A DNA stretch of 64,000 bases from Candidatus Sumerlaeaceae bacterium (GTDB lineage Bacteria > Sumerlaeota > Sumerlaeia > Sumerlaeales > Sumerlaeaceae). Below the pieces are notes generated by a model that did no database searches, was not told the DNA's origin, and saw only the letters and a program-made list of their open reading frames with translations. The stretch spans positions 1 to 64,000 of the forward strand of contig JBMFRB010000001.1 in assembly GCA_049968255.1 (NCBI GenBank), given 5' to 3'. Below, piece after piece: positions 29,236 through 39,475 of this stretch. The first letter of the stretch is position 1. Every line of letters starts with the position of its first letter. The translations under genes and the position numbers were made by a program.

Positions 29236-30954
29236 ATGAAAATCGCGCTCTGCCAAATTGACACGATTACCGGCAATATCGCCTATAATCTTCGACGTAT
29301 TATAGAAGAACTCGAGCGTGCGAAGGCTGCAGGAGCGCAGTTGGCTATATTCCCTGAGCTGGCAATCCCCGGTTATCCGCCCAAGGACCTGCTCGAATAT
29401 CATTGGTTCATCGAGGAAGCGGCGGAGGCGCTTAGCCGAATCCAAGCGCGGTGCATTGACCTGGCGCTAGACTGCATTTGCGGCACTGTTCATACCAATG
29501 TGTTCGGTGGCAAGAAGGAGCTGCTCAACGCAGCTGCTTTCGTCAAGGCCAGTGGGGATGTGTTATTTACGTTCAAGAAGCTGCTGCCTACTTACGACGT
29601 TTTTGATGAGCACCGTTATTTCGAGCCCTGCCCCAATGAGTGTAGGTCACCTCTCGCAATTTATCCTGACGAGGGGCTCCACATCGGCGTCTCAATTTGT
29701 GAAGACATCTGGAACGACAATCAGTTTTGGAAAAACGAACGGCTGTATGAATTCGATCCCATCGAGAGTCTCGTGGAGCAAGGCGCAAACGTTATCGTGA
29801 ACATTAGCGCTTCACCCTTCGTGGTGGGGAAACCCATCAAGCGCCTTGAAATGCTCCGCCATACGGCACGCCGGTGGGGTGTCACTGTTATCCTCGTGAA
29901 TCAGGTCGGAGGATGTGATCAGATCATTTTTGATGGCGGTAGCGCCGTGGTACTGCCAGACGGCACAGTTGCTGCCGCGGCTGGTTGGTTTGAAGAAAAA
30001 AACGTCATATGGGAGCCGACGAACACAACACCCCTGGCCGGGTTCGCGAAGATGCAGAGTGCCGTGGTTGACGATGTTCACGCAATCCACGATGCTCTCG
30101 CGCTAGGCCTACGCGACTACTTGGCAAAGACCGGATTTCAGCAAGTCGTCGTAGGCAACAGCGGCGGCATAGATTCGGCGACCGTTCTTGCCCTTGCCAC
30201 GGAAACACTCGGTCGAGATTCAGTGATCAGTGTGTCGATGCCCGGGCCGTTCACCAGCGCCGAAACACGGCGCGATAGCGCGGAGCTCGCACAGCGCCTT
30301 GGCGTGCGGCATTTGGAAATCCCGATCCTCGAGCCCTATGAAGCATTTCGCAGACTTCTTGAGGCGCCCGAAGGCGAGGTGGTTCAGAAACTCTTCGACG
30401 GTAATCCGGCCAGTATTCAGAAGCTCGCGAACGAAAATCTGCAGGCAAGGTTGCGAGGAAATATCCTTATGTGGATCTCCAATGCCATCGCTCAGCCACG
30501 AACGCTCGTGCTTTCTACGGGAAATAAGAGCGAACTTGCTGCAGGTTATTGCACGCTCTATGGAGATATGGCGGGTGGTCTGGCCCTGATCTCCGATGTG
30601 CCCAAAACAATGGTTTATAAGTTAGCACATTTTCTGAATGTTCGGATGGGAAATCCAATCCCTGAAACTATTATCGCGCGCGAGCCGACTGCAGAGCTTG
30701 CGCCGAACCAGAAGGACTCGGACAGTTTGCCGCCCTACCCTATACTCGACGAAATCATTCGTCTTTACGTTGAGGAGTTCAAAAGCGCGGAAGAGATCGC
30801 CGCTGAGGGGGTTGCCGACCTGGATCTGGTGCGAAAAACAATCGCAATGATTGAGCGCGCGGAATACAAACGCGCCCAGGCTGCGCCGGGACTAAAAGTC
30901 ACAAGCAAAGCTTTCGGCTTTGGTCGACGAATGCCGATCGCTCGCGGAACCTGA
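29236..30954 (+). CDS. nadE: Glutamine-dependent NAD+ synthetase
   Basis: CN-hydrolase domain (FPEL..PGYPPKDL, KKLLPTYDVFDE, ICEDIW) plus SGGIDS, ENLQARLRG, TGNKSE, PTAEL...QKDSDSLP. Confidence 0.97.
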   Translation: MKIALCQIDTITGNIAYNLRRIIEELERAKAAGAQLAIFPELAIPGYPPKDLLEYHWFIEEAAEALSRIQARCIDLALDCICGTVHTNVFGGKKELLNAAAFVKASGDVLFTFKKLLPTYDVFDEHRYFEPCPNECRSPLAIYPDEGLHIGVSICEDIWNDNQFWKNERLYEFDPIESLVEQGANVIVNISASPFVVGKPIKRLEMLRHTARRWGVTVILVNQVGGCDQIIFDGGSAVVLPDGTVAAAAGWFEEKNVIWEPTNTTPLAGFAKMQSAVVDDVHAIHDALALGLRDYLAKTGFQQVVVGNSGGIDSATVLALATETLGRDSVISVSMPGPFTSAETRRDSAELAQRLGVRHLEIPILEPYEAFRRLLEAPEGEVVQKLFDGNPASIQKLANENLQARLRGNILMWISNAIAQPRTLVLSTGNKSELAAGYCTLYGDMAGGLALISDVPKTMVYKLAHFLNVRMGNPIPETIIAREPTAELAPNQKDSDSLPPYPILDEIIRLYVEEFKSAEEIAAEGVADLDLVRKTIAMIERAEYKRAQAAPGLKVTSKAFGFGRRMPIARGT

Positions 30955-31011
30955 GCCAAAAAGATAGAATTTCTGGATTTTTCGCACGCTGCCGCTTACA
31001 CATAGTCAATC

Positions 31012-32031
31012 ATGACGTTGACAGAACTGACCCGGCACGTAATAGCGGGAAAACATCTTGGCACTCAGGAAGCAGAAACGGCTGCGCATGTCATTCTTGG
31101 CGGCGAGGCTTCCCCCATTCAGATAGCCGCGTTTCTCACGGCGCTGCATGCTCGTGGGGAAACACCAGAGGAACTCGTGGGTTTCGCCAAAGTTTTACGG
31201 GCCCTGGCGGAGCCATTCGATGCCCCCAACGATATGATCCTCGACACTTGCGGGACTGGTGGCGACCACAGCGGCACTTTCAACATCTCAACGGCTGTGG
31301 CATTTGTTGTGGCAGGAGCAGGAGTGCGCGTCGCCAAACATGGGAATCGTTCTGTCACTAGTCGTTGCGGCAGTGCGGACGTTCTCCAGGAACTTGGTGT
31401 GAACATCGATTGCTCGCGCGCTGTGATGGAACGCGCCCTGCGCGAGGTGGGCATTTGCTTTCTTTTTGCCCCTGCGTATCACAAGGCCATGCGCGTCGTT
31501 GCAGAAATAAGGCGCGAGCTAGGCTTCAGGACTATTTTCAACATGCTCGGACCGCTTCTCAACCCTGCACGCGCGTCTCATCAGCTCATCGGCGTCTTTT
31601 CCCAAGCGTGTGTAGAAATGCACGCCCAGGCGCTCAAGCAACTCGGCTCCAAGCACGCACTTGTTGTGCACGGCAATGATGGACTCGACGAGATTTCAAC
31701 ATGCGACGTGACTTTCGCGGCCGAGCTCCGAGGGGACAAAATCGAACCGATGGTGCTGAAGCCAGAAGATTTCGGCTTTGCACGAGCAACACACGAGCAA
31801 TTGAAGGGGGGAAGTGCACAGGAGAATGCTGCAGATATTCTGGCAATCCTTGGCGGTCACGAAGGACCGAAGATGGATATTGTTGTATTGAATGCCGGCG
31901 CGGCGCTTTATGTCGCGGAAAAGGTCAATTCTATTGGTGCGGGGATAGAGCTTGCTCGTGAAGCTGTTCGCAGCGGTGCTGCTTTGAGAAAATTGGAAAA
32001 GTTACGAAAAGTTGCTTCAGGAGAGGAGTAA
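31012..32031 (+). CDS. trpD: Anthranilate phosphoribosyltransferase
   Basis: DTCGTGGD...FNIST, KHGNRSVTSRCGSAD, RTIFNMLGPLLNP, DGLDE. Confidence 0.97.
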   Translation: MTLTELTRHVIAGKHLGTQEAETAAHVILGGEASPIQIAAFLTALHARGETPEELVGFAKVLRALAEPFDAPNDMILDTCGTGGDHSGTFNISTAVAFVVAGAGVRVAKHGNRSVTSRCGSADVLQELGVNIDCSRAVMERALREVGICFLFAPAYHKAMRVVAEIRRELGFRTIFNMLGPLLNPARASHQLIGVFSQACVEMHAQALKQLGSKHALVVHGNDGLDEISTCDVTFAAELRGDKIEPMVLKPEDFGFARATHEQLKGGSAQENAADILAILGGHEGPKMDIVVLNAGAALYVAEKVNSIGAGIELAREAVRSGAALRKLEKLRKVASGEE

Positions 32032-32039
32032 TCGGCGCA

Positions 32040-32861
32040 GTGATCCTCGATGACATCGTTGCCTATAAACGTGAGTTCATTGCCGCGTGCAAACTCAGGC
32101 GTCCGCTGAGCGAGCTCAAATCCGTAATCGCGGATCTGGAGCCCGCAGCGGATTTTCTCTCAGCAATTAAACGTGGCAGCGAGCTGGTGCCCAGAGTCAT
32201 TGCGGAAATCAAGAAAGCATCGCCGTCGAAGGGCATTATTTGCCCGCAGTTTGCCCCCACAGAAATCGCGCAAAGCTATGCGGCGCACGGCGCAGCGGCT
32301 TTGAGCGTTCTTACAGACGAAGAATTCTTCCAGGGCCACCTCGACTATCTCGCCGCCGTGCATGCAGCGCTCCCGGCAATGCCACTCTTGCGCAAGGACT
32401 TCACAATAGACGAATACCAAATCTATGAGGCACGTGTCGCTGGAGCATCGTGTGTTCTGCTGATAGCCGCAATCCTGGATAGGCACCAGCTTGTGGATTT
32501 TCGAGAACTTGCGCGTGAACTCGGCATGGCTGCTTTGACGGAGGTCCATTTGGAGAGAGAGGCAGATCTTGCAGCAGAGTACGGCGCGCGCCTGATCGGT
32601 ATCAACAACCGCGATCTGCGAACGTTCGAGGTCGATCTAGCGACGACTGAGCGTATCATTCGCCTCTTGGGTGGACCCTCGCTTGATTTCACTTTTGTCG
32701 CCGAAAGCGGAATTAGCAATCCTGAGAACGTCGCTTATTTGGCGCGCCTCGGTGTCGACGCGATGCTCATCGGCGAGAGCTTCATGCGGGCCCCTGATCC
32801 TGGGGTGGCTTTGGCTGAGCTTCTGACGGAGTCCCGGGCGCTGCTGGAAGCCGGAGATTAG
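32040..32861 (+). CDS. trpC: Indole-3-glycerol phosphate synthase
   Basis: IAEIKKASPSKG, LSVLTD, LRKDF, IGINNRDL, AESGI, LIGE. Confidence 0.97.
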   Translation: MILDDIVAYKREFIAACKLRRPLSELKSVIADLEPAADFLSAIKRGSELVPRVIAEIKKASPSKGIICPQFAPTEIAQSYAAHGAAALSVLTDEEFFQGHLDYLAAVHAALPAMPLLRKDFTIDEYQIYEARVAGASCVLLIAAILDRHQLVDFRELARELGMAALTEVHLEREADLAAEYGARLIGINNRDLRTFEVDLATTERIIRLLGGPSLDFTFVAESGISNPENVAYLARLGVDAMLIGESFMRAPDPGVALAELLTESRALLEAGD

Positions 32862-32862
32862 G

Positions 32863-33735
32863 ATGATGGAAGTTCCACAGCCAATTGTGGTGACGGGCGC
32901 AAGTGGACACACAGGAGTCCGCCTGACAAAGCGTTTCCTTGAGAGAGGATGGCAGGTGCGCGCCGTAACGCGTGAGCCGTCGCTGATCCCAGTGGAACTT
33001 CGCCGAGAAATGGAGATTTGTCGGGTTGACCTCACCGTGCCGGAGGAGGCGCGCGAAGCGATGCGTGGCGCGAGAAGTCTCGTAGCAATGACGCATATTC
33101 GCATGGCTCCCCTGATCATTGCGGCGATGCAAGCCGAAGGAGTACAGCGTGCTGTGTTCATGTCCTCAACCCGCCGTTTCACGCGCTTTCCGGAGGAATC
33201 CGCGCGCGCAGTGATTGCCGGCGAAGAAGCCGTCATGCGCTCGGACCTGGACTGGACAATCATGAGAGCGTCGATGATCTACGGCGGCAAACGCGACAAT
33301 AACATCGAGCATCTCGTGCAATGGCTCACGAAGCTTCCCCTTTTTCCGTTACCGGCTGGCGGCCGAATGCTTTGGCAACCGGTATTTACGTGGGATGTCG
33401 TTGCGGCCATCGAGGCCGCGCTTGAGCGTGACATTTCTATTCGAAAGGTTTACACGCTTGCAGGCCCCGCCCCTCTTTCGCTGCGCGAAATGATCGAAAC
33501 CATTCTTCGTGTGGCCTGCAAACGCTGCCTTTTGGTGCCTATCCCAATCCCCCTGATGATGGTGGCTGCGAAAGTTCTCGCGGTCATGATGAGCCGTCCG
33601 CCGATCCGTCCTGACCAAATCCAGCGGCTGTTGGAAGACAAAGTGTTCGATATTTCCGAAGCACAGCGTGATCTCGATTTTCGTCCCATCTCCTTTGAGG
33701 ACGGCATTCGCCGCAAACTATCCGGCACAGCCTGA
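32863..33735 (+). CDS. NAD(P)-dependent epimerase/dehydratase-like (atypical SDR, NDUFA9-like)
   Basis: VTGASGHTG Rossmann motif, SDLDWTIMRASMIYG, QPVFTWDV. Confidence 0.82.
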   Translation: MMEVPQPIVVTGASGHTGVRLTKRFLERGWQVRAVTREPSLIPVELRREMEICRVDLTVPEEAREAMRGARSLVAMTHIRMAPLIIAAMQAEGVQRAVFMSSTRRFTRFPEESARAVIAGEEAVMRSDLDWTIMRASMIYGGKRDNNIEHLVQWLTKLPLFPLPAGGRMLWQPVFTWDVVAAIEAALERDISIRKVYTLAGPAPLSLREMIETILRVACKRCLLVPIPIPLMMVAAKVLAVMMSRPPIRPDQIQRLLEDKVFDISEAQRDLDFRPISFEDGIRRKLSGTA

Positions 33736-33838
33736 ACTTTTCTTATCGCTTTCCGAGCTCGATTGTGCACCTTTGCACATGGAGAGCATACAGCTCAAAC
33801 GTGCTTGAGGTGTCGCCTTTGGGAAAGGAGCGCGGACC

Positions 33839-36800
33839 ATGCAGCGCGTGTTTATAATGACCCTTGCCATTGTTTGGATATGCGTTGTCACCGTTTACGC
33901 ATCAGCCCCAAGCCCACAACCACTCGAGAAGGCACGCCAAGCGCTAAGCGAACAGTCGTACGCGATCGCAGCGCGTTACTTTGAACAAGCGTTTAGCCAA
34001 CAGCTCGACGAGCCAGAACGCCGCGAAGCGACTTATGGCCGCGCGATTTGTACGCTGAAGCTCGGTGAAACCGAGCAGGCGCGGCAGGCTTTCGAAAAAC
34101 TGCTTCAGGAGCCCCGGGAGGACAAATGGCGCGGCTTAGCCCTTTGGCAGCTCAGTGTGATCCAGGCCCGTGACGGCGTTTCGCCCGACGAGGAGACATC
34201 GCTTAGCAAGCAGATCGAAGAGGCCGATCGAATCATAACCCAAAAAGCTTCTGAGTCTTACGGTGAATTCGCGCGCAGCGTGATTGACGATATTTTCCCT
34301 TATTGGTGGCCGACTCGTGCGAGAGAAAAAGAATTTCAGATTCGCTTCTTCGACAAAACAATCGAGGCCACGAAAAAAGAAGCCGACATCGCCGAGCTGC
34401 ACCGACGCCGCGCAGAATTTCGCTACCAGCGCATGGAAAGCGGAGAGCAAATTTATATCCATGACCTGCGGGCAATCGTGCGGGAGTTCCCCAAGACGTC
34501 GGCAGCCCGACAAGCTCAGCTTAGCATTGCTCATTTAGTGACGCAGCGGGGCAAACTGAAAGCTGCGCTGGAGGAATGGAAACGGCTTGTCGAATTGGGC
34601 CCGGAAAGCGCAGAAGCGCGGGAAGCACAACGCAACATCGAGCAAATCACCAAGGAATTCCTTGATCTAGAGATCAACCCATCAGCGCTGCCAGGCCAAG
34701 CAATCCGCGTGGGTGTGGCTGCACGCAATGTCAACTCGTGCGCCATCGTCCTCTATCGCGTGAAGCCGGAGGAAGCACTCCGTGTCCTTCAGGCGGACCC
34801 ATCCGCCCTCGAAAAGCTCATAAAAACTGACGCTCCTATCGTGACAAAACGAGTGGAGCTTCCAAGACGCGACGATTACCGCGGGACCACGACTTCTGTG
34901 ATCTTCGATCCGGCCCGTCCGACCGAGCACTTCGACAGAGGCATGTATGTTGTCGCGTGCCGGGGAGACAACGCGCGGGCTTATCGCCTTGTGGTTATTG
35001 GGAACCTCACACTAATGGCCACAACAAGCGGACGAGAGCTACATTTCTGGACCGTCACGTCAAGCGATGGGAGGCCACGAACACGCGCACGCCTATTGCT
35101 TTGGCTCGAGGATCAAGGGGCTCGCAAGGTGGGTCGTAAACATCCAAAAGCTGAAAGAAATGAAGAGATCGTTGAACTCACAACTGACGAAAATGGTTTT
35201 GCAAAATTTCAATTCGCGGCGGGAGTGACAAGCACACGTTTTGCTGCAGTGGCACTCGATGGCGACGATTGCGCCTTGCTATCACAGCAATCCACTTACT
35301 TTGAGCCACGTGTGGCTCAGGCAACGTGTTACGTGTATACGGACCGCCCCGCCTACCGCCCGGGCGATAGAGTGTTCTGGCGAGCAATACTGCGCGAGCT
35401 GCAAGAGGGAGATTACAAGCTGCCGAAGAATACCCGGTTCAAGGTTACGGTCATAAGTCCTCGCGGTGAGAAGGCATCGGCGCAAGAATGCGTGGCGAAT
35501 GATTTTGGCACAGCCTCGGGCGAGTGGACCATTGCTTCGGGAGCGTCGCTAGGCCTTTGGCGGATTGCACTGAGCGATAGTAAAGGCACGGAAATCGGCT
35601 CGGCGCAATTTCGCGTTGAGGAATACAAAAAGCCCGAATTCATCGTGACGGTGACAGCGCAAGAGAAGCTGGTGCGGTGGGGCACATCGGTCACCGCTCA
35701 GATTTCTGCGCAGTATTTGTTCGGCGCTCCCGTGGCAAACGCTGCCGTCCATTACACGGTCACAGCACGCCCGCGATATTGGTGGTCCCCCTTAGCACCA
35801 TGGGCAAGAGGCCTCTCATGGTTTGATGGGGATGCGCGTCAAGTTCCTCCGCCTTTGTATTTCGGCGACGGTGTCCGCGTCGCGGAAGGCAAGGCGACGA
35901 CCAACGCCAGCGGCATCTGCTCAGTAAGCTTCCTGGCAAAATGTCCCGAGCGCATGGAGAAACATGAGGTGACGACCTATGATTTTGTTATCACGGCCTC
36001 GGTGACTGACCCTAGCCGAAGAGTCATTGATGGCTCGGCGAGCATTGCTGTGGGGAAAAAAGCGCTCAATGTGAACGTTCGTAGTGAGCGCAGCGTGCTG
36101 TCGCCGGGCGACATGGCCGTCGTCACGATCGAAACCAGAAATATCGGCGGCGACATGGTAGGGGCCAAGGGGACAATCGCTGTCGAAAAACTGACGTGGG
36201 ACGAACTCAAGGGGAACGAGATTCCCACAACGCTCTCCCTTGAGAAAATCGAAGTTCCGCCCAGCGGCGAACTCACGTACCAGTGGCGGTTGCCCAAAGA
36301 CTTGGTTGGTCGAGTGCGCATGCTTTTTATTGCCGAGGACCCGTTTGCTGGCACGAGCGTTGACGCGTGCATTATCAATGTCGCCGATGATCAGACACAG
36401 GACTTGGGTATTCGCTATCAGGGTATTCAGCTCATTCCCAACAAGTCTTCGTATGAAATTGGCGAAACAGCGCGCATCCTCGTACTGTCCGAATACCCTG
36501 AGGTATCGGCGTGGTTCTTTGTGGATACGGGGAGCGGGTTCGTCCTAGAGAAACTAGCGCATTTACGCTACCGCACAAATTTTCTCGAGGTGCCGATTAC
36601 CGAAGCGTACGTGCCCAATGTGCAAATCGCCGTAGCGGCAGTTCGTGGACGGCAGGTTCTCTCGCATCATGTCGAGCTGCTTGTCCCTCCGAAGCGCCGA
36701 ATCCTGCAGGTCGACGTACGCACCGATCGTGACAGCTATCGTCCGCGCGAAAAAGGAACACTCGAAATCAAGGTGCGCTCCTGGGACGGGAAGCCTGTGC

Positions 36801-39376
36801 GCGGAGAGTTCTCAGTCAGCGTTTACGACAAGGCGATTGAGTACATCCAAGCTAGTATGCGTGGAGACGTGCGGCAATTTTTTTACGGCCACAAGCGCCG
36901 CATCTCGGTGGAGATCGCAAACTCACTGGTGGCACCGGCTCTCCACCGCAGCACATTACCCCCGCCTGGTCCCTACGACTATGATCTTTTTGCTTCGATG
37001 GGAAGCGAAAGCGAGCTGGGAAACAATGATTTGCGCGACGTTTTTGTGCGGTCGCGGCGAGCTGAGACTACTCTGATGCCAGCGTCTGCCCCTGACGTCG
37101 CCATGATGAGGGCAGCGGCGAGCAAGGAGCAGCCAGCCGAGGCCAAAGAAAGAGGCGGGGCATTCGCACAGCCTGTTCTTCGTACGGACTTTCGCGACAG
37201 TATTGTGTGGCTGCCAAATGTTGTGACGGACAAAAATGGAATGGCCCACGTCACAGTGACCTTTCCTGACTCACTTACCACGTGGCGAATCGAAGTCGTT
37301 GGTGTGGACGAGAAACATCGCGTTGGTGAAGACTCAACGCTCACGTTGGTGCAGAAAAACATCTCGGCCCGACTGGCTTTGCCTCGCTTCCTCGTGGAAC
37401 GCGATCGCGCTACGGTTTCGGCTATCGTTCGCAACGATTACAGCGACACAAAAACCGTGCTCGTGCATTTCAATGTTGCGGGAGTGGAACTTTCGGATAG
37501 GGACCAGCAGAAACGGGAGCAAGAGCTCGTGATTGCGCCAGCGAGTGAAGCCAGGCTCGACTGGCGCGTGGAAGCAACGCGAGCAGGGACAGCGTCGATG
37601 AGTGTCGTGGCGCTTGCCAGAGAAGAAAGCGACGCCACCGAAACCAGTATTCCCGTCATTGCACACGGCCTCGATAAGAAGGTCTTCCGAGTCGGCTCGA
37701 CTAGCGATATCACGACCGGAACTCGTCGCGTGGAGCACAAAGGCGACGTGTGCGTGATTTCTGATGAAATTTTTGTGCCGTCGCAAAGAATTCTGGAGAG
37801 CTCTCGCCTCGCGCTGCGACTGAGTCCCTCGCTTGCGGCTCAGCTCCGCGACGCCCTCCCCTACCTCGTGGAGTACCCTTACGGGTGCGTCGAGCAGACA
37901 ATGAGCCGATTCTTGCCAGCGGCAATAGTGGCGAAAACCTTCCAGGACCTTGAAATTCCGCGCGACCAGTTTCTGGAAGAGCGTTTGCCGGAGGTACTGC
38001 GTGCAGGCATCGAGCGCCTTCGCGATTTTCAACACAACGATGGATCGTGGGGCTGGTGGAAAGAGGGGCCTACTGATGCATACATGAGCGCTCATGTCAT
38101 GTATGGCCTGACGTTGGCTCGCGAAGCCGATTGCGAGATCCCGGACGAGATGTTGAGCCAAGGACTCGAGTTTCTCTCGCGCAGGGCTCATGCTCTTGCC
38201 GATGCAGGCTGGAGCTCATTGCATGGCTCGCATTACGAGAACCTCCAGGAACTTCATGCGTTGGCGTACGGAACGCTTGTGCTGGCGATGAACAATAAAG
38301 CCGATCGAGAAGCGATGAACCGACTGTGGGAGCAACGCGAAAACTTGTCGCCAGTAGGACTGGCGATGCTTGGCAGAGCACTCGCACTGACTGGCCAAAC
38401 CGAGCGCGCCAACATCGTGTTGCGCAATCTCATGAACTTCGCAGTGGAAATGCCGGACAACGACACGGTTCACTGGGAAAGCCGAACTCAGTCAGGCTGG
38501 TACTGGTGGTGGAACGACAACGTCGAGGCAACATGCCATGCGCTCATGGCCTATCTCGACACTTCGCCGAAGGCTTCGGAAATCGATCGTGCTGTGAAAT
38601 GGCTGGTGCTCAACCGTCGCGGCTCGCAGTGGAAATCAACAAAGGACACAGGATTGGCCGTCATGGCGCTAGCCCAATATCTGAAATTGCGAAGGCCTGA
38701 TGCGCAGCCCACACGGATTGTGGCCAAGTTGGGCGCATTTCCAGAACGCGAATTCAACATCGGACGGGAAAATTTCTTTGCAGCCGCTCCAGACATCATT
38801 CTTGAGGGCAAAGCTGTGCCAGACGGGATCATTCCGCTGCGGTTGGAAGTGGAAGGGCCGGCACCTGTTTACTATGAGCTCACAGCCGAGTACTTTACGC
38901 GCGAAGAGCCAATCACAAGTGCCTCGCACGAATTGGTCGTCGAGCGATCCTACGATATTTGCGTGAAGAGCGAAAAACGCGAAGACGGACACATTGAGGA
39001 CATGTGGGAGCCTCTGCGAGATGGCGACGAGATTCGTTCTGGCGACAAAGTGCGAGTGACTCTTCGGGTCCACGCCTATAACGATTATGAATATCTCGTT
39101 TTCGAGGATCCTAAGCCAGCCGGTTGCGAAGCTGTCGAAATACGTAGCGGCTGGACCTGCGACGACGGGCTTTGCTGCTATCGTGAGATGCGCGACCAAG
39201 TGGTGACATCTTTTGTGGGTCGATTGCCACAGGGCGAGCATCGCCTTTCTTACGAGCTGCGGGCCGAAACGCCGGGAAAATTTCACACATTGCCAGCGCG
39301 CGGCTACGCGATGTACTGCCCCGACCTGTATGGAAGCAGCGACGAGCTTCGCGTGACTGTGCTGGACAGGAAGTAG
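33839..39376 (+). CDS. Bacterial alpha-2-macroglobulin with N-terminal TPRs and intact thioester motif
   Basis: YTDRPAYRPGD (MG2), VEEYKKPEF, RTDFRDSIVWLP...FPDSLTTW, YPYGCVEQT thioester (Cys codon 37886), FQHNDGSWGWW, LRAETPGKF..LPA...MY. Confidence 0.93.
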   Translation: MQRVFIMTLAIVWICVVTVYASAPSPQPLEKARQALSEQSYAIAARYFEQAFSQQLDEPERREATYGRAICTLKLGETEQARQAFEKLLQEPREDKWRGLALWQLSVIQARDGVSPDEETSLSKQIEEADRIITQKASESYGEFARSVIDDIFPYWWPTRAREKEFQIRFFDKTIEATKKEADIAELHRRRAEFRYQRMESGEQIYIHDLRAIVREFPKTSAARQAQLSIAHLVTQRGKLKAALEEWKRLVELGPESAEAREAQRNIEQITKEFLDLEINPSALPGQAIRVGVAARNVNSCAIVLYRVKPEEALRVLQADPSALEKLIKTDAPIVTKRVELPRRDDYRGTTTSVIFDPARPTEHFDRGMYVVACRGDNARAYRLVVIGNLTLMATTSGRELHFWTVTSSDGRPRTRARLLLWLEDQGARKVGRKHPKAERNEEIVELTTDENGFAKFQFAAGVTSTRFAAVALDGDDCALLSQQSTYFEPRVAQATCYVYTDRPAYRPGDRVFWRAILRELQEGDYKLPKNTRFKVTVISPRGEKASAQECVANDFGTASGEWTIASGASLGLWRIALSDSKGTEIGSAQFRVEEYKKPEFIVTVTAQEKLVRWGTSVTAQISAQYLFGAPVANAAVHYTVTARPRYWWSPLAPWARGLSWFDGDARQVPPPLYFGDGVRVAEGKATTNASGICSVSFLAKCPERMEKHEVTTYDFVITASVTDPSRRVIDGSASIAVGKKALNVNVRSERSVLSPGDMAVVTIETRNIGGDMVGAKGTIAVEKLTWDELKGNEIPTTLSLEKIEVPPSGELTYQWRLPKDLVGRVRMLFIAEDPFAGTSVDACIINVADDQTQDLGIRYQGIQLIPNKSSYEIGETARILVLSEYPEVSAWFFVDTGSGFVLEKLAHLRYRTNFLEVPITEAYVPNVQIAVAAVRGRQVLSHHVELLVPPKRRILQVDVRTDRDSYRPREKGTLEIKVRSWDGKPVRGEFSVSVYDKAIEYIQASMRGDVRQFFYGHKRRISVEIANSLVAPALHRSTLPPPGPYDYDLFASMGSESELGNNDLRDVFVRSRRAETTLMPASAPDVAMMRAAASKEQPAEAKERGGAFAQPVLRTDFRDSIVWLPNVVTDKNGMAHVTVTFPDSLTTWRIEVVGVDEKHRVGEDSTLTLVQKNISARLALPRFLVERDRATVSAIVRNDYSDTKTVLVHFNVAGVELSDRDQQKREQELVIAPASEARLDWRVEATRAGTASMSVVALAREESDATETSIPVIAHGLDKKVFRVGSTSDITTGTRRVEHKGDVCVISDEIFVPSQRILESSRLALRLSPSLAAQLRDALPYLVEYPYGCVEQTMSRFLPAAIVAKTFQDLEIPRDQFLEERLPEVLRAGIERLRDFQHNDGSWGWWKEGPTDAYMSAHVMYGLTLAREADCEIPDEMLSQGLEFLSRRAHALADAGWSSLHGSHYENLQELHALAYGTLVLAMNNKADREAMNRLWEQRENLSPVGLAMLGRALALTGQTERANIVLRNLMNFAVEMPDNDTVHWESRTQSGWYWWWNDNVEATCHALMAYLDTSPKASEIDRAVKWLVLNRRGSQWKSTKDTGLAVMALAQYLKLRRPDAQPTRIVAKLGAFPEREFNIGRENFFAAAPDIILEGKAVPDGIIPLRLEVEGPAPVYYELTAEYFTREEPITSASHELVVERSYDICVKSEKREDGHIEDMWEPLRDGDEIRSGDKVRVTLRVHAYNDYEYLVFEDPKPAGCEAVEIRSGWTCDDGLCCYREMRDQVVTSFVGRLPQGEHRLSYELRAETPGKFHTLPARGYAMYCPDLYGSSDELRVTVLDRK

Positions 39377-39475
39377 CAGACGCCAGCTAAGGTTACTCTG
39401 ACTTGACGCTACAGGCCTAGCAGACCGCCATCGCGCAAAAAGGAGGTGCGGAGCCCTACCGCCAGCGACGGCATG

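Noticed and set aside
21190-38191. Long antisense ORFs (e.g. 21190-21918, 24058-24915, 37334-38191)
   Set aside because: Fully nested in or opposite well-supported genes (pheT, leuS, alpha-2-macroglobulin) with no recognisable motifs; expected at this GC content.
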